From Patescibacteria group bacterium (GTDB taxonomy: Bacteria > Patescibacteriota > Microgenomatia > UBA1400 > CG1-02-47-37), in contig DATEUG010000011.1 in NCBI GenBank assembly GCA_035283225.1, positions 1 through 54,743 of the forward strand: 54,743 nucleotides of DNA. The letters are read 5' to 3'. The notes under the pieces were generated by a model. It was not told the DNA's origin and did not search any database. It saw only the letters and a program-made list of their open reading frames with translations. Positions 9,656 through 17,490 of this stretch are shown here, in pieces. Position 1 is the first letter of the stretch. Each line of letters starts with the position of its first letter. A program made the position numbers and the translations under genes.

Positions 9656-10147
9656 ATGACTGCTGACGTTAAACCGTTAAATTTGTCTACCGATTCGGCT
9701 TCGGCCGCGCCGGCCTCTTCGGTCAATGAAATAAAGAAAGGCAAATTCGATTTGAAAAAGTTTAAACCAGCTATGCCTTGGGCGCTTTTAATCCTTATAG
9801 GTGTAGCTACAGGTTTCAGCTTAAGCCGCTTCAGCCCTGGTGCGGGAATGCCCAAGAAATTAAAATCGGTCGAAGAGGGCATTACTGTCGGCAGCACTTA
9901 TGGTGTGGCTGAAGAACAGTCGTTTACCGACTCGGCTGAAGGCAGTTTAACTGCCGGAGGCATCGACGGCGAAGGTTCACATCACTTGGTTCGCCCCGGA
10001 GGCGATTCACAGAATGTTTACTTAACTTCGTCTATTATTGACTTGGATCAATTTGTCGGCCACTCTGTCAAAATCTGGGGCGAGACTTTTCAAGCCCAAC
10101 AAGCCGGCTGGCTGATGGATGTCGGGCGGCTTCAAGTTTTAGAATGA
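9656..10147 (+). CDS. Hypothetical membrane-anchored protein
   Basis: 163-aa ORF with a single TM (MPWALLILIGVATGFSL). Translationally coupled (ATGA) to ftsE. Confidence 0.5.
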   Translation: MTADVKPLNLSTDSASAAPASSVNEIKKGKFDLKKFKPAMPWALLILIGVATGFSLSRFSPGAGMPKKLKSVEEGITVGSTYGVAEEQSFTDSAEGSLTAGGIDGEGSHHLVRPGGDSQNVYLTSSIIDLDQFVGHSVKIWGETFQAQQAGWLMDVGRLQVLE

Positions 10148-10830
10148 TAGTATTCAAGAAGGTAAACAAACAATTTCCAGACGGTACCATGGCGCTGGAG
10201 GCACTTTCCTTTCAGATTGATGACGGGGAGTTTGTCTTTATTATCGGACCGTCCGGGGCAGGCAAAACCACGATTATGAAGCTGCTGCGGCGGCAATTTC
10301 TGCCCAGTTCTGGCACAGTGGTCGTGGGCGATAAAAACATAACCGAGTTAACCAAAGAAGAGATTCCCCATTTAAGGCGGGAAGTAACCATGTGCTTCCA
10401 GGATTTTAAGTTATTGTCTGACAGAACGGTGGGCGAAAACGTCGGTTTGAGCCTGGAAATTACCGATTTACCCGCCGCCGAGATTGAGACCAAAGTCGCC
10501 GACAGCTTAGCCAAAGTCGGTTTAAAGGGTAAGGAGAATTTTTTCCCCATGCAGTTATCCGGCGGCGAACTCCAGCGGGTCGGCATTGCCAGGGCGATTG
10601 TCGGCAAGCCAAAAATTATTTTGGCCGACGAACCTACCGGCAACTTAGACCCTGATTCCGGCTTTGATATTTTAAAGGTTTTTAAAGAAATTAATTTATC
10701 CGGGACGACGGTAATCGTCGCTACCCACAACGCCGAATTAGTCGATCGGCTAAAAGAAAGAGTTATTGCTTTGGACCGCGGCAAAATCGTTTCCGACGAG
10801 AAAAAAGGCAAATACCATCTTAAAAAATGA
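10144..10830 (+). CDS. ftsE: Cell-division ABC transporter ATP-binding protein FtsE
   Basis: Walker A GPSGAGKTT, ABC signature LSGGELQR, Walker B ILADEPTGNLD. Followed directly by ftsX. Confidence 0.9.
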   Translation: MIVFKKVNKQFPDGTMALEALSFQIDDGEFVFIIGPSGAGKTTIMKLLRRQFLPSSGTVVVGDKNITELTKEEIPHLRREVTMCFQDFKLLSDRTVGENVGLSLEITDLPAAEIETKVADSLAKVGLKGKENFFPMQLSGGELQRVGIARAIVGKPKIILADEPTGNLDPDSGFDILKVFKEINLSGTTVIVATHNAELVDRLKERVIALDRGKIVSDEKKGKYHLKK

Positions 10831-11708
10831 CTTTTATTCATAAAACCTGGATCCAGCTTAGACGCAGTCCCTTCCAGGGACTGGCGGCGGTAATGACCAC
10901 CACTTTAACCTTGCTGGTGATTGCCATTTTTGCTTTAATTTCCCTGGGTTCAATTCAAATCCTGCAGTACTTTGAATCCGCTCCCCAAGTAATTGCCTTT
11001 TTTACCCCGGGCGAAGACTTAACTGACACCCAAATAAGTAACATCCGGGCGCAACTGGCCGCTACCGGCAAGTTGAATCAATTTAGGTATGTTTCCACCC
11101 GTGAAGCCGAGGCAATTTACAAAGAAAAAAATAAGGATAACCCGCTTTTACTGGAACTGGTTGACTACAAAATTCTGCCTGCCTCGATTGAAATCTCGGC
11201 CAATCAATTAAATGACTTGGCCGGCTTAAAGGCAATTTTGCAAACCCAGGAGGGAGTAGAAGATGTCGTCTTTTATGAAGATATTATCCAGAGCTTGCAA
11301 AACTGGATCAGTAGTGTCGAGAAATTGGGAGCGATTGCCATTGCCTACTTAACCTTAGAGTCGATTTTGGTCATTTTGGTAATTATCGGTTTGCAAATTT
11401 CAAGCCGGCGCGAAGAAATCGAGATCTTAAAATTACTGGGCGCCACCAACTGGTTTATCAAAAAACCATTTATAGTTAACGGCCTGATGTATGGTTTAGT
11501 CGGCAGTTTTCTTGCCTGGAGTGTCAGCTATATTTTACTTTTATACGCCACGCCCTTTTTAGCCAATTGGCTGGGTGATATTCCCCTGCTGCCGGTGCCA
11601 TTTTGGGTGATGCTCTCATTGCTTGGCGGTGAACTTTTACTGGGTGGCTTAATCGGCACCATCGGGGGACTCACCGCCTCAAATCGCTTCTTAAAAGAAG
11701 TTGACTAA
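10827..11708 (+). CDS. ftsX: Cell-division permease FtsX
   Basis: 4-TM topology with a large first extracellular loop. Start overlaps ftsE (ATGA), in the conserved ftsEX order. Confidence 0.85.
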   Translation: MTFIHKTWIQLRRSPFQGLAAVMTTTLTLLVIAIFALISLGSIQILQYFESAPQVIAFFTPGEDLTDTQISNIRAQLAATGKLNQFRYVSTREAEAIYKEKNKDNPLLLELVDYKILPASIEISANQLNDLAGLKAILQTQEGVEDVVFYEDIIQSLQNWISSVEKLGAIAIAYLTLESILVILVIIGLQISSRREEIEILKLLGATNWFIKKPFIVNGLMYGLVGSFLAWSVSYILLLYATPFLANWLGDIPLLPVPFWVMLSLLGGELLLGGLIGTIGGLTASNRFLKEVD

Positions 11709-11709
11709 A

Positions 11710-12867
11710 ATGGTTAAAAGATTGCTCGCGTTTGCCATTTTCGGCCTAATCCTCGTGCCTTTTGCTTTGGCCGCCGTCGCCGACGACTGCGCCTCCAAAG
11801 ACATGGCTGAAAGAATTGCCTGCTACGAAGCTAAACTCAATGAAAACAAGGGCCAACAGCAAACGCTTTCCAGTGCCATTTCCTACCTTGATTCAAAAAT
11901 TGCTTTAACTCTAACGCAAATTGAAAAAACAGAAATAGACATTGCTTCTTTAGAAGAGGAAGTCGCCACTTTGGTCGTCAAAATTAACCGCCTCGACATT
12001 AACTTAACTGACATTTCGAAATTGCTGGTTTCCCGCGTCGGCGAATCTTACAAACGGACCCTATTCAACCCCGGCTGGCAACTCCTTTCTGCCGGCGGCT
12101 TAACTGAATATCTGGAGCAAAGCACTTACTTAGCTTCCGCCCAGCAAAATGACCGGAAACTGTTACTGGAGCTGCAAAATGCTAAAGATACCAGCGAGGC
12201 CCAAAAAGCCTTGAAAGAGCAAAAACAGTTAGAGCTTGAAAATTTACAAAAACAATTAGCCAGTCAAAACAGTTCGCTGTTACAGCAAAAAGGGGCTAAG
12301 GCTGATTTACTTCGTCAAACCAAAAACGACGAAAAAACTTACCAGCAATTACTGGCCACTGCTCAGGCTGAGTATCAGGCAATTCAGGCGATTATTGCCA
12401 ATAAAGGCAAGGAAACCGAAGCCGGGCATGTTAATGCCGGCGATAAAATCGCCAGCATGATTCAGGGAGCTTCCTGCAATTCTTCCGGTACTCACGTTCA
12501 TTTCATTGTCAGCGAAAACACCGTTTCTAAAAATCCGTTTGATTATTTATCCGGGGGCATTGACTGGGTGGATAACTCCGGCGGCGACCAGTTTAACCCG
12601 CATGGCAGTTGGTCCTGGCCGATTAACCCCAGGGTCCGCTTTAACCAAGGCTATGGTGTCACCTGGTTTGTATCGACTTATCACTGGTATCCGTTTCATA
12701 ACGGCATAGACTTAAGCAGCGACTCCGGCAGTACGGTTAAGGCGGTAAAACCAGGCACTTTATATAAAGGCAGTTACGTCGGCTTTAATGGCTGTACCCT
12801 GCCCTATGTCCGGGTCGATCATGATGAAAACAGTTTAGACACCCTTTATCTCCACGTCATTTACTAG
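11710..12867 (+). CDS. Secreted coiled-coil M23 (LytM-type) peptidase, EnvC/PcsB-like FtsEX partner
   Basis: Signal peptide, then about 200 aa of heptad-rich coiled coil. The C-terminus carries M23 motifs GTHVHF (HxH) and FHNGIDL (HxxxD). ATG 11710 is preferred over TTG 11701. Confidence 0.8.
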   Translation: MVKRLLAFAIFGLILVPFALAAVADDCASKDMAERIACYEAKLNENKGQQQTLSSAISYLDSKIALTLTQIEKTEIDIASLEEEVATLVVKINRLDINLTDISKLLVSRVGESYKRTLFNPGWQLLSAGGLTEYLEQSTYLASAQQNDRKLLLELQNAKDTSEAQKALKEQKQLELENLQKQLASQNSSLLQQKGAKADLLRQTKNDEKTYQQLLATAQAEYQAIQAIIANKGKETEAGHVNAGDKIASMIQGASCNSSGTHVHFIVSENTVSKNPFDYLSGGIDWVDNSGGDQFNPHGSWSWPINPRVRFNQGYGVTWFVSTYHWYPFHNGIDLSSDSGSTVKAVKPGTLYKGSYVGFNGCTLPYVRVDHDENSLDTLYLHVIY

Positions 12868-12872
12868 TAAAC

Positions 12873-13679
12873 TTGTCTTTGGTGTCTGCCCGACAGCTAG
12901 GGAAATATTTGGTTTTAGGCGCCTTTGCTGGCGCATTTTTTTTATTGCCCCCTCCCGCTCACGCTCAAGTGGCCATTAATGAAATTCTGGCTAACCCTGT
13001 TAATGAAGACGACGAGTTTATTGAACTTTATAATACCGGCGACCAGGCCGTCGACATCACCGGTTATAAAGTCAGCGATTTGGTCAAAACTTACACTCTG
13101 CCGGAAGCCACCATCAGCGCCAAATCATTTTTTCTGCTGACAAAATTGATCACCAATTTACAGCTGAATAATTCCGGTGAAGAGAAAGTCACTTTAAAAA
13201 ATGCCGCTGACGCCATCATTGACAGTTTCTCCTACGACGGTACGAATGAAGGCACTTCTTTCTCCCGCTACCCTGACGGCGGCGGCGGCTGGAACAGTGC
13301 TACCGTAATTACCCAAAACGCCCCTAATCAAGCGCCGCCCAGTCCGACGCCAACACCGTCACCGACACCCACGCCCTCTCCCACTCCCTCGACTTCGCTC
13401 GGGACTAGTAGCCCAATTCCCACCCCTTCGACTAGCGCTCAGGGCTCTAGTCCGACGCCAACACCTAAAGCTTCTCCTAAAACCTCTCCTTCCTCCTCAC
13501 CAATAGCAACCCCTTCTGCCGTTTCCGAAGTACTAGGAGCCAACAGTTCCAGTCAATCAGCCGCCGGCTTAGGCGTTTGGCCGGCTTGGATATTAATCGG
13601 CTTGGGAGGAACCTTAATAGCTGTCAGCGGCGGATTTATTGCGTATAATCAGTTTTATGCCGCTAAACCGAAAATTTAA
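12873..13679 (+). CDS. Lamin-tail-domain (LTD) surface protein with Pro/Thr/Ser linker and C-terminal TM anchor
   Basis: LTD signature VAINEILANPVNEDDEFIELYNTGDQAVDITGYKVSD, a PSPTPTPSPTPTPSPTPS linker, and C-terminal TM WILIGLGGTLIAVSGGFIAY. The start (TTG 12873) is uncertain. Confidence 0.7.
   Translation: MSLVSARQLGKYLVLGAFAGAFFLLPPPAHAQVAINEILANPVNEDDEFIELYNTGDQAVDITGYKVSDLVKTYTLPEATISAKSFFLLTKLITNLQLNNSGEEKVTLKNAADAIIDSFSYDGTNEGTSFSRYPDGGGGWNSATVITQNAPNQAPPSPTPTPSPTPTPSPTPSTSLGTSSPIPTPSTSAQGSSPTPTPKASPKTSPSSSPIATPSAVSEVLGANSSSQSAAGLGVWPAWILIGLGGTLIAVSGGFIAYNQFYAAKPKI
13385..13407 (+). repeat. Family-B dispersed motif copy inside the LTD-protein linker
   Basis: TCCCTCGACTTCGCTCGGGACTA is identical over 23 nt to 19864-19886. 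Translated as PSTSLGTS. Confidence 0.7.
13424..13445 (+). repeat. Family-B dispersed motif, second copy inside the LTD-protein linker
   Basis: CCCTTCGACTAGCGCTCAGGGC, translated as PSTSAQGS. Confidence 0.45.
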
Positions 13680-14025
13680 GCTCTGGCTGCCGGTATTAGT
13701 CTGGGCCGGAATAATTTTTACCTTTTCCAGTCTGTCAATCAACCAACCGGCACCGTTTAACTGGCTGGATTTTATCGTCAAAAAAACCGCCCATGTCACT
13801 GAGTACGCCATTTTCTACTTTCTTGTCTGGCGGGGCTGGTCAAATGCCGGCAGGTTTACCGACAAATCCATTTTGTGGAAGAGTTTACTGGTGACGCTAA
13901 TTTACGCTCTGTCTGACGAATGGCACCAAACGATTATTCCCGGCCGGGAGGGAACATTAAGAGACATCGGTTTTGATACAATCGGCATGTTACTGGCGTT
14001 AAACCAAATCAAAAAAAATCTATGA
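13657..14025 (+). CDS. VanZ-family membrane protein
   Basis: VanZ-like motif SDEWHQTIIPGREGTLRDIGFDTIG and 3-4 TM helices. ATG 13657 chosen. Confidence 0.75.
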   Translation: MPLNRKFKLWLPVLVWAGIIFTFSSLSINQPAPFNWLDFIVKKTAHVTEYAIFYFLVWRGWSNAGRFTDKSILWKSLLVTLIYALSDEWHQTIIPGREGTLRDIGFDTIGMLLALNQIKKNL

Positions 14026-14945
14026 AAGTTTTAGTTACCGGAGGCTCAGGCTATATTGGCGCGGTCACGCTCAAGGCATTGGCCGCCGCCGGCTTTGAGC
14101 CTATAAATTTTGATTTAAAACAAGGCAATGATATTCGCAACAAACAGCAAGTGTTAGCTATCCTTAAAGATAGTCAAATCGGGGCAGTGATGCATTTTGC
14201 CGCTTTCATCTCCATGGGCGAATCAATGATTAACCCTTTTAAATACTTTGACAATAATGTCCATGGCTCGCTTGAGCTTTTACAAGCCATGGTTGAAGCA
14301 AAAGTTAATAAACTGATTTTCTCTTCTTCCGCCGGCGTTTACGGCCATCCTGTCAGTGTGCCGATTAAAGAAACTGATCCGACCAACCCCACCAATCCAT
14401 ACGGCCAAAGCAAATTAATGGTGGAGCAAATGCTTAACTGGTATGACAAAATTCATCAATTAAAATCTATCGCCATCCGCTACTTTAACGCTGCCGGAGC
14501 TGATAAAGATTTGGGGGAAACCCACCAGCCGGAAAGCCATCTGATTCCCAATGTGATTGCTGCTGCCGCAGCCAAAAAACAGTTTAAACTTTTTGGTGAC
14601 GACTATCCCACGCCTGACGGCAGCTGCGTCCGCGACTATATCCACGTTTCAGACCTGGCCGAAGCTCACCTCTTAACCTTAAAAGCTTTAATTGACGGTC
14701 ATAAAAGTGATGTTTATAACGCTGGTACCGGTAAAGGCTATTCCAACAAAGAAGTGATCAGTATGGTGGAAAAAATCTCGGGTAAAAAAATTGACGTTAA
14801 AGTTGAACCGCGCCGGCCGGGCGACACCAAAGAATTAGTCGCCGATTCCAGTAAACTCCAAAAAGAATTTAATTGGCAGCCGAAAAAATCTGACCTTAAA
14901 ACTATCGTTGAGTCTGCCTACGCCTATCACACCTCTAAGGTGTGA
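14022..14945 (+). CDS. galE: UDP-glucose 4-epimerase
   Basis: NAD-binding VLVTGGSGYIG, catalytic YGQSK (YxxxK), and the RYFNAAGA motif. Confidence 0.9.
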   Translation: MKVLVTGGSGYIGAVTLKALAAAGFEPINFDLKQGNDIRNKQQVLAILKDSQIGAVMHFAAFISMGESMINPFKYFDNNVHGSLELLQAMVEAKVNKLIFSSSAGVYGHPVSVPIKETDPTNPTNPYGQSKLMVEQMLNWYDKIHQLKSIAIRYFNAAGADKDLGETHQPESHLIPNVIAAAAAKKQFKLFGDDYPTPDGSCVRDYIHVSDLAEAHLLTLKALIDGHKSDVYNAGTGKGYSNKEVISMVEKISGKKIDVKVEPRRPGDTKELVADSSKLQKEFNWQPKKSDLKTIVESAYAYHTSKV

Positions 14946-14948
14946 TTT
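14923..14948 (+). repeat. Degenerate copy of the CTATCACAC...GTGTGAT hairpin repeat (REP-like), overlapping the galE stop
   Basis: CCTATCACACCTCTAAGGTGTGATTT has an 8-bp stem ATCACACC/GGTGTGAT. Its CCTATCACAC 5' arm and GTGTGATTTA 3' flank match the copy at 16079. It supplies the last galE codons and the TGA, and is followed by TTTATTT. Confidence 0.6.
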
Positions 14949-15050
14949 ATTTGACAAAAATAGGCCAGTCTATTAAACTCAAAATTGAGGTAGCGTGAAT
15001 GGGACTTGATCCCGACCAGGTTACGCGAGGTCGCAAAAGCCTGAGACACT

Positions 15051-15425
15051 TTATCTCAAAACGATTACAGACAGGAAATTTTTTTTCCTGTCTTTTTTCT
15101 TGCTTGAAAGAATCACCTTAATTCGCTTTCCTTCCATTTCTGCAACCAATGAGTAAAAATGCAAACCATGCTCATAACGATATTCTTGATAAGTGGTTGC
15201 CTTTTTAATTAATTTTTTAGCCAATGGCAATGCCTTAAACCGACGAATTTTCTCTACTTTTGTCCTAAATCTTGAACCAACTAAATGATGCCAACCAACT
15301 CTTGTAACTAAAATTTCTTGGTTAAACGCCGGACAAAATGTCTTTTCTTTTCGCCACTGATGATAATAACTTTTTGCCCAATTTTTAACTTTGATATACT
15401 TACTTTTTCTGTTAACTTTTCCCAT
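15051..15425 (-). CDS. Hypothetical basic protein of unrecognised family, in an AT-rich islet
   Basis: 124-aa ORF, Lys/Arg-rich. Sample lines hand-counted give about 30-38% GC, against about 45% in the flanks. No motif I can assign. Confidence 0.5.
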   Translation of the reverse strand: MGKVNRKSKYIKVKNWAKSYYHQWRKEKTFCPAFNQEILVTRVGWHHLVGSRFRTKVEKIRRFKALPLAKKLIKKATTYQEYRYEHGLHFYSLVAEMEGKRIKVILSSKKKDRKKNFLSVIVLR

Positions 15426-15480
15426 CAGCTACCCTTTAATATCATAGAATGATGCCAATTAAATTGCTACAATCATAACC

Positions 15481-15896
15481 GTGAATAAAGTCTTTGGTTT
15501 TGAAGACACAATTAACTGGTACGAGCGCAATGCCAAAAAATACGCTAAAGCGATTGCCCGTACCACCTATCCGGAGATTAAGTTTGTTGAGGGTAATTTT
15601 TTAAACCTGCCTTTTGCCGATCAATCATTTGACGGGATTTGGGCTCACGCTTCACTTTTACACCTGGAAACCGTTAAAGCAGTAGAAAAAAAGCATTGGC
15701 TGAATTCAACCGTGTTTTAAAACCCCAGGGAGTTATCCATGTGGCAGTCAAGAAACAGCCTGGCGATAAAAAAACTGAGCTTGAAAAACTACTAATAGAG
15801 GCAGGGTTTACCATTGAAGACATTACTGATACTTACGTTGACCGAGGCGGTCGCAGTGAAGTAACCTGGGTCGTGGCTTTGGCACGAAAAAAGTAA
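15481..15896 (+). pseudogene. Decayed class I SAM methyltransferase (frameshift plus internal deletions)
   Basis: Two adjacent ORFs (15481-15720 and 15696-15896) together carry the post-I to C-terminal methyltransferase motifs (FLNLPFADQSFDGIWAHASLLH, then AEFNRVLKPQGVIHV). The frame breaks at the A-run near 15686-15695, and the GxGxG SAM-binding segment is missing. Confidence 0.65.
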
Positions 15897-15915
15897 AACG
15901 TGTTAAACTCATCAC

Positions 15916-16068
15916 ATGGGCAAAAATATTAAACTTAAAGACAAAAAATTGCCAACTTTTCCCATGAGCCAAAAGATGGAAAAAAGGGCTCTTCAAGCCT
16001 TGAAAGACTATCGTGAGGGGAAAGTAAAAAAATTTAAATCCGTTGATGCGCTGATGAGCTCAATATGA
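15916..16068 (+). CDS. Small 50-aa ORF, possibly an orphan antitoxin-like remnant
   Basis: ATG 15916 to TGA 16068, below the ORF-track cutoff. The C-terminal ALKDYREGKVKKFKSVDALMSSI loosely resembles C-termini of small antitoxin/DNA-binding proteins. Weak. Confidence 0.25.
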   Translation: MGKNIKLKDKKLPTFPMSQKMEKRALQALKDYREGKVKKFKSVDALMSSI

Positions 16069-16078
16069 ATTTATTTAC

Positions 16079-16102
16079 CCTATCACACACCGGGTGTGTG
16101 AT
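16079..16102 (+). repeat. REP-like hairpin repeat, full copy
   Basis: CCTATCACACACCGGGTGTGTGAT has a 9-bp stem ATCACACAC/GTGTGTGAT and a CGG loop. The 22-nt core is identical to the copies at 46819 and 47546. It lies 5 nt upstream of the yidC ATG. Confidence 0.85.
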
Positions 16103-16107
16103 TTAAT

Positions 16108-16884
16108 ATGGGTTTGTTTACCACACTAATCTACCAGCCGTTTTTTAATTTATTAGTTGGGATTTACTGGCTTTTGGGCGTGGTGGCGCCCCAATTTCAG
16201 GACATGGGCAACGCGGTGATTATTTTTACGATCATTTTTAGGGTTTTATGGATACCGGTTTCTCTCTCCGCCAGCCGCTCGGCCAAAGAACGCCACGACA
16301 TTTCGGAAAAAATTAAAAAGATAGAAAGAGACTTTGCCAGAGAGCCAATGAAGGAACAGGCGGCAATGAGGGAACTTTTAAGGAGTAATCGACGCACGGT
16401 AGTTATTTCTACCTTAAATTTATTCCTTTCCGGTCTGACCATGATGATGCTTTACCGGATTTTCACCACTGGTTTAGAAGGCGCCGATTTTAAGCTAATT
16501 TACCCCTGGATGCCGCCACATCCGGCTCAGTTTAATTTAACTTTCTTGGGTCACTTTGATTTGACTCACCCCAACTGGACTTTAAACTTAATCAATTCCG
16601 GCGTTATTTTTGCAGCTGAGTTAATGGGCAGCTGGTTATCACCTTTCCCCACCGGCCGGAAAGAATTAATGACTTTAATTGTTATGCCTCTCGGAGCCTT
16701 TACTTTCTTCGCCTTTATGCCGGCCGGGAAAAAACTGTTTGTCATTACCACTTTATTATTTTCTATTGGTATAATGACGGTACAGATAATCAAAATGCTA
16801 CTCTACGAATCAAGAAGCAGATTAAAAAAACTTGCCTACGGTTTGATCTTGGACAAACCGGAAAAGGCCATTGAGGAGAAATAA
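16108..16884 (+). CDS. yidC: Membrane protein insertase YidC (short form)
   Basis: YidC/Oxa1 core motif (AVIIFTIIFRVLWIPVSLSASRSAKE), an amphipathic coiled region, and 5 TM helices. Confidence 0.85.
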   Translation: MGLFTTLIYQPFFNLLVGIYWLLGVVAPQFQDMGNAVIIFTIIFRVLWIPVSLSASRSAKERHDISEKIKKIERDFAREPMKEQAAMRELLRSNRRTVVISTLNLFLSGLTMMMLYRIFTTGLEGADFKLIYPWMPPHPAQFNLTFLGHFDLTHPNWTLNLINSGVIFAAELMGSWLSPFPTGRKELMTLIVMPLGAFTFFAFMPAGKKLFVITTLLFSIGIMTVQIIKMLLYESRSRLKKLAYGLILDKPEKAIEEK

Positions 16885-17490
16885 ATGGATTTTGATAAAT
16901 TAGTAGTTTCGTTTTTAGTCGATGAAGTCGTCGGCGGCTTTTTTATTAACGTGCCGCCGGGACATGTCGCCTGCATTCACGACTTGGGCCGCGGAGTCTT
17001 ATCGCGGGTAAAAAAACCCGGTTTACACCTCAAAATCCCCTTCTGGCAAAGAGCCAAACTGTTTAACGCCCAAATTTTAGAGTACCTGATTCGCCATGAT
17101 TTTGACTTAACTCATCATGAAGCCATGGGTGATGAAGCCATCGTTTCTAAAACGAGCGACGGTAAAACCATCCAGGTTGAGGGTTCGATCTTACTTAAAA
17201 TCGATAAAACCCGGGCCAACGAACTCTGGGAAAATATCGGCGACAATTTTATTTCAAAAATTGTCAGACCGGTATCCCGAAGCCGGGTTCGAACCGTTTT
17301 ATCAGAGGTAAGTTTAGCCCAGTTAACCGGCTACCGAATGCAAGTGGAAGAAAAAATTAAACATGAGCTGAATAAGGTTTATAACCCTTTAGGAATAATT
17401 TGCGACGGCTTTTTATTAAGCGAAGTCAAAGACTTGGGCAGTTTGAAAACAAGCAGAGACGACAAGGTGATCTTAGCGGACAAAGGCTAG
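16885..17490 (+). CDS. SPFH/band-7 (prohibitin-like) domain protein
   Basis: [35 protein letters not shown] is typical of SPFH N-termini. GAGGAG SD lies 7 nt upstream. Confidence 0.8.
   Translation: MDFDKLVVSFLVDEVVGGFFINVPPGHVACIHDLGRGVLSRVKKPGLHLKIPFWQRAKLFNAQILEYLIRHDFDLTHHEAMGDEAIVSKTSDGKTIQVEGSILLKIDKTRANELWENIGDNFISKIVRPVSRSRVRTVLSEVSLAQLTGYRMQVEEKIKHELNKVYNPLGIICDGFLLSEVKDLGSLKTSRDDKVILADKG

Noticed and set aside
10212-10841. 209-aa ORF antisense to ftsE
   Set aside because: It lies entirely within, and opposite to, a well-supported ABC ATPase gene. Long antisense ORFs are a common artefact of ABC-ATPase codon composition. There are no motifs or start context.
13330-13520. Possible CRISPR or other spaced-repeat array in the repetitive GC-rich stretch
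   Set aside because: The repeats are codon-periodic Pro/Thr/Ser linker sequence inside an open reading frame. There are no uniform repeat-spacer units, and no cas genes anywhere in the window.
14949-15050. Possible small RNA or tRNA fragment in the galE-islet spacer (short stems CTCAAaaTTGAG, GGGActtgaTCCC, CGACC...GGTCG)
   Set aside because: I could not fold it into a cloverleaf or any extended conserved-looking structure. The stems are 4-5 bp only. It would need cmscan/Rfam to revisit.
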